A stretch of DNA of 32,000 nt from Dehalococcoidia bacterium (GTDB lineage Bacteria > Chloroflexota > Dehalococcoidia > Lucifugimonadales > JAAXIE01). Each line of letters begins with the position of its first letter. Positions within the stretch are counted from its first letter, which is position 1. Location of the stretch: positions 1,663,994 to 1,695,993 of the forward strand of contig CBDFIZ010000002.1 in assembly GCA_965248385.1 (NCBI GenBank), read 5' to 3'. Under the pieces are notes generated by a model, which saw only the letters and a list, made by a program, of their open reading frames with translations, did no database searches and was not told the DNA's origin. The translations under genes were made by a program, and so were the position numbers. Below, in pieces: positions 14,830-23,722 of this stretch.

Positions 14830-16032
14830 GTGAGACAAGGCTACCGAGTGATCGACATCGACACCCACGTCAACCCCTGTGTGGAGGTGCTGCTCAACCG
14901 CGCCGACAAGGATATGCGGGACCGCATGGACGACCTGAAGCCCTACCTGCGGGTGGTGACACCGCGGCCGGGGCAGGGAGACGCGGAGGACAGGGAGGAG
15001 TTTTCGATCATATCCATAGCGCCTGTGCGTTACCAGCGGGTGGCAGGCGCGAAGCCCCCCACCGACGCGGATAACAGTGGGACACACAACCTAGCGGGTC
15101 GCACCCACATGGCGAACCGGTCTCCCATCGCGGTAGGAGCTGCTGAGGACAACGCCACTGGCCGTTTGCAGGACATGGATGTCGAGGGACGGGATATCGA
15201 CTTCATTATCCCCGGGCCGTGGGCTTATGGCGCTCCTGCCATGGACTTGGGACTGGAGAAGGGTCTTTATCGCTCGTACCACCAGTACATGGCTGACTAC
15301 TGCTCCGCGGATAGCCGACGCCTGAAGAGCATGGTGCTGGTGCCGGGACGGGACCCGGAATGGTCGGCCCAAGTGATTCGGGACCACATCAAGGAGGACT
15401 GGGCTGCTGCCGTGTGGCCCCTGCTTCCGACAGACATGCCAATAGATGACCCGGACTTGGAGCCGATATGGAAGGCATCGAACGAGGGTAACTTCCCCAT
15501 CATGTACCACGGTTTCCACATTGAGCCACCCTACTTCCCTGGCTATCGCGATATCTGGGACAACCCAGCCATGGGCCGTTGCGCTGGGCAGACTTGGGGC
15601 GGCCAACGCTTCCTCTCCTTCATGCTGATGGGAGGCATGCTGGACCGGTATCCCAACCTGCGTGTAGGCACGATGGAATGTGGTCATGGCTGGCTGCCTC
15701 AGTGGTTACTGCGTCTTACGCGGCAGATCGATTACGTCCGCGGTTCAGTGTCAGCCGATCTGAAGCACAGTCCGATGGAGTACACCGAAATGGGCCGGGT
15801 CTTCTGTAGCGTCGACCTCTTCGAGGGGGTGGAGATGACCAAGGCAGTGGTCGACATCCTAGGGGACCATGTGCTGATGTACGAGTCGGACTACCCTCAT
15901 CCCGAGACCATATACCCCGACCACACCGACATGGCCATCTCTTGGGAAGATGTCCTAGGCAAGAAGGTTCTGGACAAGATGATGTGGGAGAACGCGGCGC
16001 GCTACCTGAGGCTGACTACATCGCCGTGGTAG
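14830..16032 (+). CDS. Amidohydrolase_2 (ACMSD-like metal-dependent hydrolase/decarboxylase) family protein
   Basis: This 400-aa ORF has the N-terminal VIDIDTHVNP metal motif and the C-terminal MYESDYPHPE motif typical of this family. The GTG start has GAAGGGAG 6-7 nt upstream. Confidence 0.8.
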   Translation: MRQGYRVIDIDTHVNPCVEVLLNRADKDMRDRMDDLKPYLRVVTPRPGQGDAEDREEFSIISIAPVRYQRVAGAKPPTDADNSGTHNLAGRTHMANRSPIAVGAAEDNATGRLQDMDVEGRDIDFIIPGPWAYGAPAMDLGLEKGLYRSYHQYMADYCSADSRRLKSMVLVPGRDPEWSAQVIRDHIKEDWAAAVWPLLPTDMPIDDPDLEPIWKASNEGNFPIMYHGFHIEPPYFPGYRDIWDNPAMGRCAGQTWGGQRFLSFMLMGGMLDRYPNLRVGTMECGHGWLPQWLLRLTRQIDYVRGSVSADLKHSPMEYTEMGRVFCSVDLFEGVEMTKAVVDILGDHVLMYESDYPHPETIYPDHTDMAISWEDVLGKKVLDKMMWENAARYLRLTTSPW

Positions 16033-16065
16033 TTGAACGTGGAAGACTCGGATTGGGTTAAAAGT

Positions 16066-16097
16066 ACAGTCCCTTCTCCCTAGGGGGAAGGGACTGT
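16066..16097. terminator. Hairpin between convergent genes (candidate bidirectional terminator)
   Basis: acagtcccttc (16066-16076) pairs perfectly with gaagggactgt (16087-16097) across a 10-nt loop. It sits between the amidohydrolase stop (16032) and the GlcG-like stop (16107). There is no clear T-run. Confidence 0.5.
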
Positions 16098-16106
16098 TGC
16101 GGGAAT

Positions 16107-16538
16107 CTAGCTGATTGAGGGCTGGCTGGGGAATCTAACGGGGGGCGTTTCCTGCGCGGCTGCGCTCGCCACTTCTTCGTCCTGCTCGCCTGTGGCCCCG
16201 CTGACGCCGACGGCTCCGGCTAGCTCGCCGTCCTTGTAGATGGGGACGCCCCCAGCGGCCGCGAGGATGTTGAAGTGGACTGAGGCTTGGAGGCTGCGCA
16301 GGACGTCAAGGTTGACCTGCTGCGCAACGAGGCTGGTGGCCCTGCGGAAATTGAGGGCGGTGACCGCCTTGGCCTCGGCTATGTCCGGCGACATCAGAGA
16401 AGCGCCGTCCATGCGGTCCATCTGGACCAGCTGCCCGAACTCGTCCACCACTGCGAGGGATATCTGCAGGCCCATCGCTTGGGCCTTGGCAATCCCTTGG
16501 TCTGCGTAGCCTCTAGCTTCTGCCAACGTCATGGCCAT
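16107..16538 (-). CDS. GlcG/HbpS-like (DUF336) heme-binding family protein, copy 1
   Basis: This 143-aa ORF reads LTLAEARGYADQGIAKAQAMGLQISLAVVDEFGQLV...GGVPIYKDGELAGAVGVSGATGEQDEE, which is the DUF336 signature. Confidence 0.8.
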   Translation of the reverse strand: MAMTLAEARGYADQGIAKAQAMGLQISLAVVDEFGQLVQMDRMDGASLMSPDIAEAKAVTALNFRRATSLVAQQVNLDVLRSLQASVHFNILAAAGGVPIYKDGELAGAVGVSGATGEQDEEVASAAAQETPPVRFPSQPSIS

Positions 16539-16598
16539 GTTTGTATAACCTCGTATCGACGGATATCCGGGATGGGTTGCGGGCTTACTCGTGCCCGT

Positions 16599-17063
16599 CT
16601 AGTGCTGAATCTTGTACGGTATGTCGAGGGCGTAGCAGGTGACCCAGTCCTCTAGGTTGACATCCTGCCCGTCCTCCTTGGGCACTTCCTTGTCGGGCAT
16701 ACGCACCGACAGGCTGCTGGAGAAACCGCCGACGATCTCGCCATCCTTTTGGATGGGCATTCCGCCGGGTCCGGGAAACCCCGCTTGTGGCAGGAACTGC
16801 TGGTAGGCTGACCAACGTTCGGGGACGCGGTGCATGCGTTCGGAGAAGCCGCCCGTGGGCCCCTTCATGACGGCCGCCAAGTAGGCCTTGGCTCGCGCCG
16901 TGGGCACGGCGGCCGCTGGGGCCCCGTCCATGCGAGAGATGGAAAGGATGTTGCCACCCTCGTCGGTGATCGCCCAACAGGAGTTGTAGCCCAGTTCGGT
17001 ACCCTTCTCCACTGCGCGGTCGATGATGGCTCGCGCTTCTTCCAAGGTCAGACGGTCGGCCAT
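16599..17063 (-). CDS. GlcG/HbpS-like (DUF336) family protein, copy 2
   Basis: This 154-aa ORF reads LTLEEARAIIDRAVEKGTELGYNSCWAITDEGGNIL...GGMPIQKDGEIVGGFSSS. It is a paralog of the adjacent gene. Confidence 0.75.
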   Translation of the reverse strand: MADRLTLEEARAIIDRAVEKGTELGYNSCWAITDEGGNILSISRMDGAPAAAVPTARAKAYLAAVMKGPTGGFSERMHRVPERWSAYQQFLPQAGFPGPGGMPIQKDGEIVGGFSSSLSVRMPDKEVPKEDGQDVNLEDWVTCYALDIPYKIQH

Positions 17064-17115
17064 GGTGCATACTCCTGTCGTTGGGGGTGTTGCCGGGCGG
17101 GGGTAGCGGCTGCGA

Positions 17116-17631
17116 CTAATCGGTTGTTATTGTAACCTGCGCGCCGATTTCGTTCAAGGTTGAGAGCCATGCGAAGAGACCCCGACGCGCTTGAACGATG
17201 GCTAGCGGAGCGGGTTTACGCCAGTGAAGTCCTGGGAAGTGTCCAAAATCGGCGTCGTTGGAGTGAACTTCAGCTTGGTACTCCATGGCGAGTGCAGCGA
17301 TGTGTGCGTCGGTCACTAGGTTGCCCGCCACGCCTGCGGCCATGAGGTTCTGCCGAAAGAGAGAAAGATGGTCAGGGCCCGGATTGAGCGGTATGACCTG
17401 GGGAAACTGGAACCACTCCTGCACGAGGGTGAGCGCCGTTTCAAGGGTTATTGGGCGCCTCAATGGTCCGGACCCGGTCACCAGCCGCATGAACCCTGTG
17501 GTCACCACCCAAGGTATGCCGACTCTCTCCGTGCCGTTGACCAATTCCTCCCACCAGCGGCGAGACCTGTCGTGATGCCTTGACCTGTCGTCGTAAGCGT
17601 ATAGCAGCAGGTTGGTGTCCGGTACGATCAC
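17116..17631 (-). CDS. vapC: PIN-domain toxin, VapC family
   Basis: MIVPDTNLLLYAYD...LVTDAHIAALAMEYQAEVHSNDADFGHFPGL carries the conserved PIN acidic residues. It overlaps the upstream antitoxin by 4 nt (ATGA). It has a C-terminal tail of about 30 aa beyond the usual end. Confidence 0.85.
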   Translation of the reverse strand: MIVPDTNLLLYAYDDRSRHHDRSRRWWEELVNGTERVGIPWVVTTGFMRLVTGSGPLRRPITLETALTLVQEWFQFPQVIPLNPGPDHLSLFRQNLMAAGVAGNLVTDAHIAALAMEYQAEVHSNDADFGHFPGLHWRKPAPLAIVQARRGLFAWLSTLNEIGAQVTITTD

Positions 17632-17891
17632 CAGTCAGGGTTCTTTCTAAGGAACTCCTCGACTTCAAGCTCGTCCAAGTATCTCTTAGGATTGTCTGGA
17701 TCTACGCTTGGAAGGAAGCCGCTGCTGAAGGGTCGAACTTTGAACCGACGGTGTTCGGTCGATCCGGCAGCATGCGACATTCCCCGGCGCAGTGTGTCGT
17801 TCACCACCTGCTTGAACGGCTTCTCCAGAAGCCGGCACTGCTCCTTCAGGTAGTTGGCTACATCGTCGTCGAGAGTAAGTGTCGTTCTCAT
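17628..17891 (-). CDS. vapB: VapB-type antitoxin
   Basis: This 87-aa ORF has the N-terminus MRTTLTLDDDVANYLKEQ, typical of antitoxins paired with VapC. It is translationally coupled to the PIN gene. Confidence 0.75.
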   Translation of the reverse strand: MRTTLTLDDDVANYLKEQCRLLEKPFKQVVNDTLRRGMSHAAGSTEHRRFKVRPFSSGFLPSVDPDNPKRYLDELEVEEFLRKNPDW

Positions 17892-17965
17892 GGGGCAGCA
17901 TCGTGATGTTCACTAGAGTTGATGTCAAGATGTCTACCCGCAAGAGGCGATGCAGGAGTGTGTGG

Positions 17966-18922
17966 CTAGTCCCAGAAAAGGAATAGCATCCCAAATGAGA
18001 TGGTCAAGTGGATGAGCAAGGCCAGCACTGAACAGACTGCTATAGCGAGCATGTTCTTGGCAAGCCTGACCCTCTGCGTGCCTCCCGATATGCTAGCCGG
18101 CAACAACAGCCTCTCAGGCCATCGCAGTCCCGCCCATACTCCCAAGGTGATTCCCAGCCAGGAGACCACCATTGTGCTGCTGAAGAAGACCAGACTCAGG
18201 AGGCCGATTATGGTAGCGGAGATGTGTCCATTGCGATAGAGCCAGTGGAGCACGACCTCCGGTGACCCATCTAGTGGTTGCCGCAAGACAATCATCGCGA
18301 TTACCCCTGAGAGCCCGCCAATAACCACCCGGCGCAGTTGTGGCGTGAAGCCAGGCCACTCTGCCAAGGAGGCCATTAGCAAGGAGACAACGAGTAGCCC
18401 GGACACTAGGGACCCGACTCCCGAGTCGTCGGGCCAAGGCATCCAATATGTCCAACTTTCGCCCAGTTCGATCAAGACACCACACAAGTATGCCATGAGG
18501 GCTATTGCCATGATGTTGGAGGCGATTCCGAGCTTCCGATGTGCTTGCGGGGCCAGCATGGGAACGAGCAATCTATCAGGCCATCTCAGGCCGGCAGCGG
18601 CCCCGAGGAACAGTTCGGGCCAGAATGTACTGGGTGATGATAGTGCGCTGGCCAGCCATGGGGCGCTATCGTAGATTCCAATAATTACGTACCTCTGGAT
18701 GAGAGACATCACTATTAGGAAGACGAGAACGGAGATAGCAGCAACAATCAGCCATGTCAGCACTCTCAGCGTGTCCAATTCCAGGAAATGGCGGTGAATC
18801 AGCAGTAGGCCAGCCAACGGCAAAACCGCTAGGACCGCGCCAAAGGGCGGGACGAAAGCCGAGAGCAACAACCACACCGTGAGCAGCAGCACGGTCTTCG
18901 CGGTGAGTAATGACACGACCAT
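17966..18922 (-). CDS. Hypothetical polytopic membrane protein with internal duplication
   Basis: This 318-aa ORF is very hydrophobic. It has repeated modules FLGAAAGLRWPDRLLVPMLAPQAHRKLGIASNIMAIALMAYLCGVLI and TLGVWAGLRWPERLLLPASISGGTQRVRLAKNMLAIAVCSVLALLI. I recognise no family. Confidence 0.6.
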   Translation of the reverse strand: MVVSLLTAKTVLLLTVWLLLSAFVPPFGAVLAVLPLAGLLLIHRHFLELDTLRVLTWLIVAAISVLVFLIVMSLIQRYVIIGIYDSAPWLASALSSPSTFWPELFLGAAAGLRWPDRLLVPMLAPQAHRKLGIASNIMAIALMAYLCGVLIELGESWTYWMPWPDDSGVGSLVSGLLVVSLLMASLAEWPGFTPQLRRVVIGGLSGVIAMIVLRQPLDGSPEVVLHWLYRNGHISATIIGLLSLVFFSSTMVVSWLGITLGVWAGLRWPERLLLPASISGGTQRVRLAKNMLAIAVCSVLALLIHLTISFGMLFLFWD

Positions 18923-19290
18923 TTAGCTGCTTCCCCTGAGGACCTCAAGGAAGGCCGAGCCCAAATGGGCACTGGGTCCGTCGAGTTTCGTGGTCACGCG
19001 TCGCGACGTTTGATCAATCGGCCAAGCCAGTTCTCGCCCTTGGGAGGCGAAGGACAAGCAAACAACGGCAAGAACCGCCCACGCCAGCACTCTAATGGTC
19101 TGCAACTCGAGGGACTGGCGATGGATGATCAGCAGCGCAACTGGGCATGACGGCGGCCAACTTCGCAAACGGGATCAGCGCGATTCGAGGAACCGCGAAT
19201 ATGACCAAGGCCGACAAGACCAAAGACGCCGCGAAAAGCGCTATGGTCGTGCAGTGTGCGGCGAAGCCGCCATTTAGCCGTCCCGCGCAA
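18923..19290 (-). pseudogene. Frameshifted paralogous fragment of the N-terminal module of the downstream membrane protein
   Basis: Two frames read ...IALFAASLVLSALVIFAVPRIALIPFAKLAAVMP and then VALLIIHRQSLELQTIRVLAWAVLAVVCLSF. Compare LLLTVWLLLSAFVPPFGAVLAVLPLAGLLLIHRHFLELDTLRVLTWLIVAAISVLVF in the 318-aa protein. The frame change is near 19138-19146. The stop abuts the next ATG. Confidence 0.4.
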
Positions 19291-19344
19291 GAGTCGCACA
19301 GGCGGTCAGGGCCAGTCCCAGCCGCATTCTAGTGGGCGAGCACC

Positions 19345-20571
19345 CTACGGAGTGCGCTCGAAGGGGCTTGCCAGCTCGAACTCCTTGGCTATTTCGCGGG
19401 TGGCGGGCAGGACCTCTTGGTCGATTAGCTGGAGGCAGCGCATGGCGTTGTCGTGGGTGATGGAGCCGTCGTTGGTCCACATGCACAGGACGCCCGGTTG
19501 CACCTCGCTCAGCACCTCGCGTATCTTGCGAATGACCGTTTCGGGGCTGCCCATGATCAAGCGGTTGTCGTCGATCATCGCTTGGTAGTCTTCATCACTG
19601 ATGGGCCCGTAACGGAGCAGGTCGCCGCCACGGCTGGCGCGGACTGCTGCGGCGCGAGGGTCCTCCCCTTCGGACGCCTTGCGGAAGGTCATGTAACCCG
19701 GCGGGGCTTGGTACTCCTTAGGCAGGGGCACACGCCCCACGCCCACCAGAGCCTCAAGGAAGCCGCGGCCGTTCTCCTTGGCTTGCTCGTCGGTGTCCTG
19801 CACGAACACCGGCAGCATGTAGCCGAAGTGCTCAGGGCCAGCCTCGTAGCCTTGGTCGTGGGCTGCGTCCTTGTAGATGGCCTGCATTTTGGCGAAAGAC
19901 GAGGGCACCAAGCCTAGGTAAAAGTAGGGGTAGTGCCGCTCGGCGCACCACAGCACGGTATCCTCGCTGCCGGTGCCGGGGGCCCACACTGGCGGATGGG
20001 GCACCTGCAGCGGCCTCTGGAAGGGGTTGACCACGCGGAACTGGTAGTGCTTGCCCTCCCAGCGGAAGGGGCCTGGAGTGGTCCAAATCTTCAGGATGAG
20101 GTCGTGGGCCTCTTCGAATCGCTCCCGGTTGTGGACGGGATTGACGTTGGTGGCCCATGTCTCGGTGCCGACGCCCCGGACGAAGCCTGACACCAGCCGT
20201 CCACCGGAAATCATGTCGATTTCAGCCAACTCCTCGGCCAAGCGCACTGGGTTCTCGTGGATGGGAAGAATATTCCCCATCAGCACTATCTTGGGGTCCT
20301 TGGTGATGCGGGCTAGGATGGCGGCCTCTAGGTTCATGGCGGCGCCGAGGCAGGTAGGGGTGTTGTGGTGCTCGTTCAGCATCAAGCCGTCGAAGCCGAT
20401 GTCCTCGCAGAACTCCCACTCGTCGAGGTGCTCGTTATAGATTTGCGAGCCAATACTGGGGTTGAAGTGGGTATTGGAGAAGGTTACACGGGAGGCGCTG
20501 TTGGGGCTGTTCTTAACGTCCTCCTCGGTGTAGTTGGTGTAGGCCCGTTCGGTGAAACGCATAATGAACAC
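19345..20571 (-). CDS. LLM-class (luciferase-like) flavin-dependent monooxygenase/oxidoreductase
   Basis: This 408-aa ORF shows luciferase-like TIM-barrel features (FDGLMLNEHHNTP...LAEELAEIDMISGGRLVSGFVRG). The GTG start has AGGAGG 7 nt upstream. Confidence 0.85.
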   Translation of the reverse strand: MFIMRFTERAYTNYTEEDVKNSPNSASRVTFSNTHFNPSIGSQIYNEHLDEWEFCEDIGFDGLMLNEHHNTPTCLGAAMNLEAAILARITKDPKIVLMGNILPIHENPVRLAEELAEIDMISGGRLVSGFVRGVGTETWATNVNPVHNRERFEEAHDLILKIWTTPGPFRWEGKHYQFRVVNPFQRPLQVPHPPVWAPGTGSEDTVLWCAERHYPYFYLGLVPSSFAKMQAIYKDAAHDQGYEAGPEHFGYMLPVFVQDTDEQAKENGRGFLEALVGVGRVPLPKEYQAPPGYMTFRKASEGEDPRAAAVRASRGGDLLRYGPISDEDYQAMIDDNRLIMGSPETVIRKIREVLSEVQPGVLCMWTNDGSITHDNAMRCLQLIDQEVLPATREIAKEFELASPFERTP

Positions 20572-20737
20572 GACAAGACCTCCTAACCGTACTCCCCTAG
20601 GGGCGTGTTGCGGCTAACCTACCCCAAAGCCAAGCGGGCGTCAACGCGGCCCATTTACCTCGGTTGACCCTACCCATGGCGGCGCAAATCGGTTATTTTA
20701 CGCGTGACGCCCCACTTTCATAGCCGGAGGGATCGCC

Positions 20738-21808
20738 ATGAAGTTCGGCATGATGTATGAGATTCAAATCCCCGAACCCCACTACCCAGGCATTGAGTAC
20801 GAACGGTACCATCAAGTGCTGGCACAAGCGGAGTTGGCCGACGAGGTTGGGTTCGATTACTTCTGGACGGTCGAGCACCACTTCCTGCGGGAGTTCTCCC
20901 ACTGTTCCGCGCCAGAGGTGCTGTACGGCGCCATCTCACAGCGCACGAAGCGGATGCGCATCGGGCACGCTGTGGCCTTGCTCCCCAGCCGCTACAACCA
21001 TCCCGTGCGCGTGGCGGAGCGGGCTGCTGTGTTGGATATCGTGAGTGATGGCCGGATGGACTTGGGCACGGGCCGCTCAACCACTCTTATTGAGATGGAC
21101 GGCTTCGAAGTAGACCCCGAAGACACTAGGGGCCAGTGGGAAGAAGCCATCTCAATGATCCCGCGCATGTGGACCGAGGACCCTTTCTCCCATGAGGGCC
21201 AGTACTACAGCATCCCGCCCCGCTCCGTAATCCCCAAGCCAGTGCAGAAGCCACACCCGCCACTGTGGGTCGCCTGCAGCCAGCCCGAGAGCTTCCGCTC
21301 TGCAGGCGAAATGGGGCTGGGGGTGCTCTGCTTCAACCTAGGCGGGTACGCCCAGATGGAAGAGCGTGTCGGCCTGTACCGGCAAGGCCTGAAGAATGCC
21401 AACCCCGTGGGGGCATTCGTGAACGCCCAAGTGGCTGCCCTGTGCGTCACCCACTGTGGCGAGGACAACGAGGAGGCGCGGCGGGTGGCTGCTCCTGAAG
21501 GGGCGTGGTTCGTTCACAAGGCCTTAGAACTGTACGGGCCGTGGCAGGGACGGAACGTGCCCGATTCCTACAAGTTCGCCGTAGACGCGGTACAAGACGA
21601 GCGTGCCCAGAAGACTGCGCAAGACCACCTCGATTCGGGTGCTTTCGCCATGGGCGACCCCGACACTGTGATCAAGGTGCTCAAGGGGTACGAGGCTGCA
21701 GGTGTAGACCAGATTCTCTGCTTCATGCAGATGGGCAACCTTGCCCACTCCCGGATCATGGACTCCATCAAACTGTACGGGAAGTACATCATCCCCTACT
21801 TCAAGTAG
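20738..21808 (+). CDS. LLM-class flavin- or F420-dependent oxidoreductase
   Basis: This 356-aa ORF reads MKFGMMYEIQ...FDYFWTVEHHFLREFSHCSAPEVL...VAERAAVLDIVSDGRMDLGTGRS, the typical LLM pattern. GGAGGG lies 6 nt upstream of the ATG. Confidence 0.88.
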   Translation: MKFGMMYEIQIPEPHYPGIEYERYHQVLAQAELADEVGFDYFWTVEHHFLREFSHCSAPEVLYGAISQRTKRMRIGHAVALLPSRYNHPVRVAERAAVLDIVSDGRMDLGTGRSTTLIEMDGFEVDPEDTRGQWEEAISMIPRMWTEDPFSHEGQYYSIPPRSVIPKPVQKPHPPLWVACSQPESFRSAGEMGLGVLCFNLGGYAQMEERVGLYRQGLKNANPVGAFVNAQVAALCVTHCGEDNEEARRVAAPEGAWFVHKALELYGPWQGRNVPDSYKFAVDAVQDERAQKTAQDHLDSGAFAMGDPDTVIKVLKGYEAAGVDQILCFMQMGNLAHSRIMDSIKLYGKYIIPYFK

Positions 21809-21821
21809 AGCGGGCACCAGC

Positions 21822-21850
21822 CCGTCGTTCCGGCGCAGGCCGGAATCCAA
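21822..21850. repeat. REP-like hairpin repeat, family 1, copy 5 (inverted orientation)
   Basis: The reverse complement reads ttggattccggcctgcgccggaacgacgg. It lies in the 92-bp spacer between the LLM gene and the SDR gene. Confidence 0.75.
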
Positions 21851-21900
21851 GGCGCATCATTACATAGGACCACGGAACATAAGACCACGGAGGTACAACC

Positions 21901-22707
21901 ATGGGCGTGCTCGAAGGCAGAGTCGCACTGATCACCGGAGCTGGTTCCGGCATAGGCAAGGGCATACTGCAGCGGTTCGTGGAGGAAGGCGCTCGGGCGA
22001 TGGTGGTTGAGCGCATGGCCGACAGAGTCGACCAGCTACGCAGCGAGTTCGGGGAGGAGGTGGCTGTCTTCCACGGCGACGTCTCCCGGTTGCAAGACAA
22101 CAAGGCAGCCGTGGCTGAGGCGCTGCGCGCTTTCGGTAAGCTCGACATTTTCGTGGGCAACGCTGGCATATTCGACCAGTTCATCACCCTTGCCGACTTC
22201 CCCGAGGATAAGTTGGGCGACGCCTTCGACGAGCAGATGGCCGTCAACGTCAAGGGCGCTCTGTTCGGCGCCAAAGCCACCCACGAGGAACTGGCCAAGA
22301 CCCAAGGTTGCATGGTGTTCACCGCCTCGGTGGCCAGCTTCAACTCCGGCGGTGGCGGGGTGTTGTATACCGCGTCCAAGCACGCCGTGCTGGGGATAAT
22401 ACGCCAGTTGGCGTCCGAGCTTGCGCCCGACGTTCGTGTCAACGGTGTAGCCCCCGGTGGTGTGGCCACTGACCTGCGGGGCTTGGAGACGCTGGACCAA
22501 CATCTCACGTCCCACTCCTCCCGCCCGGAGAACGTGGAGCGTGTCCGGGCCAACGCGCCGATGCAGAAAGCCCTCTACCCAGATGACCTGGTGGGCTCCT
22601 ACCTGTTCCTAGCCTGCAAGGAGCTGTCAGGCACCGTCACCGGCACCACCGTCCTCAACGACTCGGGCAGTTCGCTGAGGGTTCGCCGCCCAGTTCCTAC
22701 CACCTGA
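21901..22707 (+). CDS. Short-chain dehydrogenase, BphB/HcaB-like cis-dihydrodiol dehydrogenase
   Basis: It has the Rossmann motif TGAGSGIGKG and the catalytic YTASKHAVLG (YxxxK). The overall pattern (FGKLDIFVGNAGI.D...LADFPE...FDE...NVKG; ELAPDVRVNGVAPGG..TDLRG) closely follows biphenyl/phenylpropionate dihydrodiol dehydrogenases as I remember them. Confidence 0.8.
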   Translation: MGVLEGRVALITGAGSGIGKGILQRFVEEGARAMVVERMADRVDQLRSEFGEEVAVFHGDVSRLQDNKAAVAEALRAFGKLDIFVGNAGIFDQFITLADFPEDKLGDAFDEQMAVNVKGALFGAKATHEELAKTQGCMVFTASVASFNSGGGGVLYTASKHAVLGIIRQLASELAPDVRVNGVAPGGVATDLRGLETLDQHLTSHSSRPENVERVRANAPMQKALYPDDLVGSYLFLACKELSGTVTGTTVLNDSGSSLRVRRPVPTT

Positions 22708-22811
22708 TTCGGAGGTTGAGAACGCTGTGCGTTGCCCGCCCGGCTCGACGGGAGCGATTGGTTGGACCGGGTGGGGATCTTGATGCAGGGTCGGCGGGCT
22801 AGATATCCCCA

Positions 22812-23631
22812 ATGAGGAGCATCGCGACTGACCTCCTGGCTGGCGTATTGGTTGGCGTGGTTTTGGTGCCGACGGCGATGGCCTTCGGCATCATCGCGGG
22901 CGTGGGGCCAGCATCGGCGGCAATCCCGGAGGCGCAAGCTCGACCACCTTCGTCAACCTCCAAGCCGGTGGGCGGAGCAAGGTTGCGGGTGTCACCGCTG
23001 CGGTGGTGGTCGCGCTGGCGCTTGCCCTTCCCTTCGACAAGCTTCCGCTGGCAGTGCTCGCTGGCATCATCATGGTCACTGTCTATCGGCTCATAGATTG
23101 GCGGTATGTGCGCCGGTTGAGGGACATACCCTTCGGATATACCGTGGTGATGCTGGCAACTGCAGCGGTTGCCGTCCTAGTTGACTTCACCGTGGCCGTC
23201 CGAGTGGGTCTGGTCCTGTCCGCACTGGTAGACGCTACCCGTTCGCACAGCCGCGAACTCGAACGATTGGTGTCCGTGCCTCTGCCGGATACCGAGATAT
23301 GGCCCGACGCCGACCCTTACGATGCTAGGGTGGGGCTGATTGTACTGCCGGACAGGGTGTCTCTGTGGCCTCGGCGCGGGAACTGTCCCGGATTCTTGGC
23401 GGAGACATACGGGCCAGCGAAGCGGTGATAACGGATTTCAGCCATACGACCTATCTTGACGATACTGCAGCAGCACTCATCGGTAAGGTCATCGATGGCA
23501 AGCCGGTGGTGGTCGCCGGACTGCACGGCGAACCCGCAAATATGCTGGCTGGATTCGGGACAGTGCGGGCCGACAGGTCAGCACCGGACGTAGGACAGGC
23601 TAAGGCGGTGATACGAACGATCTTTGCCTGA
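22812..23631 (+). pseudogene. Decayed SulP-family anion transporter with STAS domain (large internal deletion plus two frameshifts)
   Basis: Frame 0 reads MRSIATDLLAGVLVGVVLVPTAMAFGIIAGVGP, the SulP N-terminal motif. It joins directly, in another frame, to ASIGGNPGGASSTTFVNLQAGGRSKVAGVTAAVVVALALALPFDKLPLAVLAGIIMVTVYRLIDW, a late TM region. A third frame carries the STAS part (ASARELSRILGGDIRASEAVITDFSHTTYLDDTAAALIGKVI). The shifts lie near 22905 and 23355. Confidence 0.7.
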
Positions 23632-23722
23632 TAAAGACAGGGAAGCCAGCTCCTCCGGTGTTCACTAGCACTGAGAGACGGTGCTCGGAGGAATCGCGGG
23701 CCGCAGTCACGACTGGGTGCGT

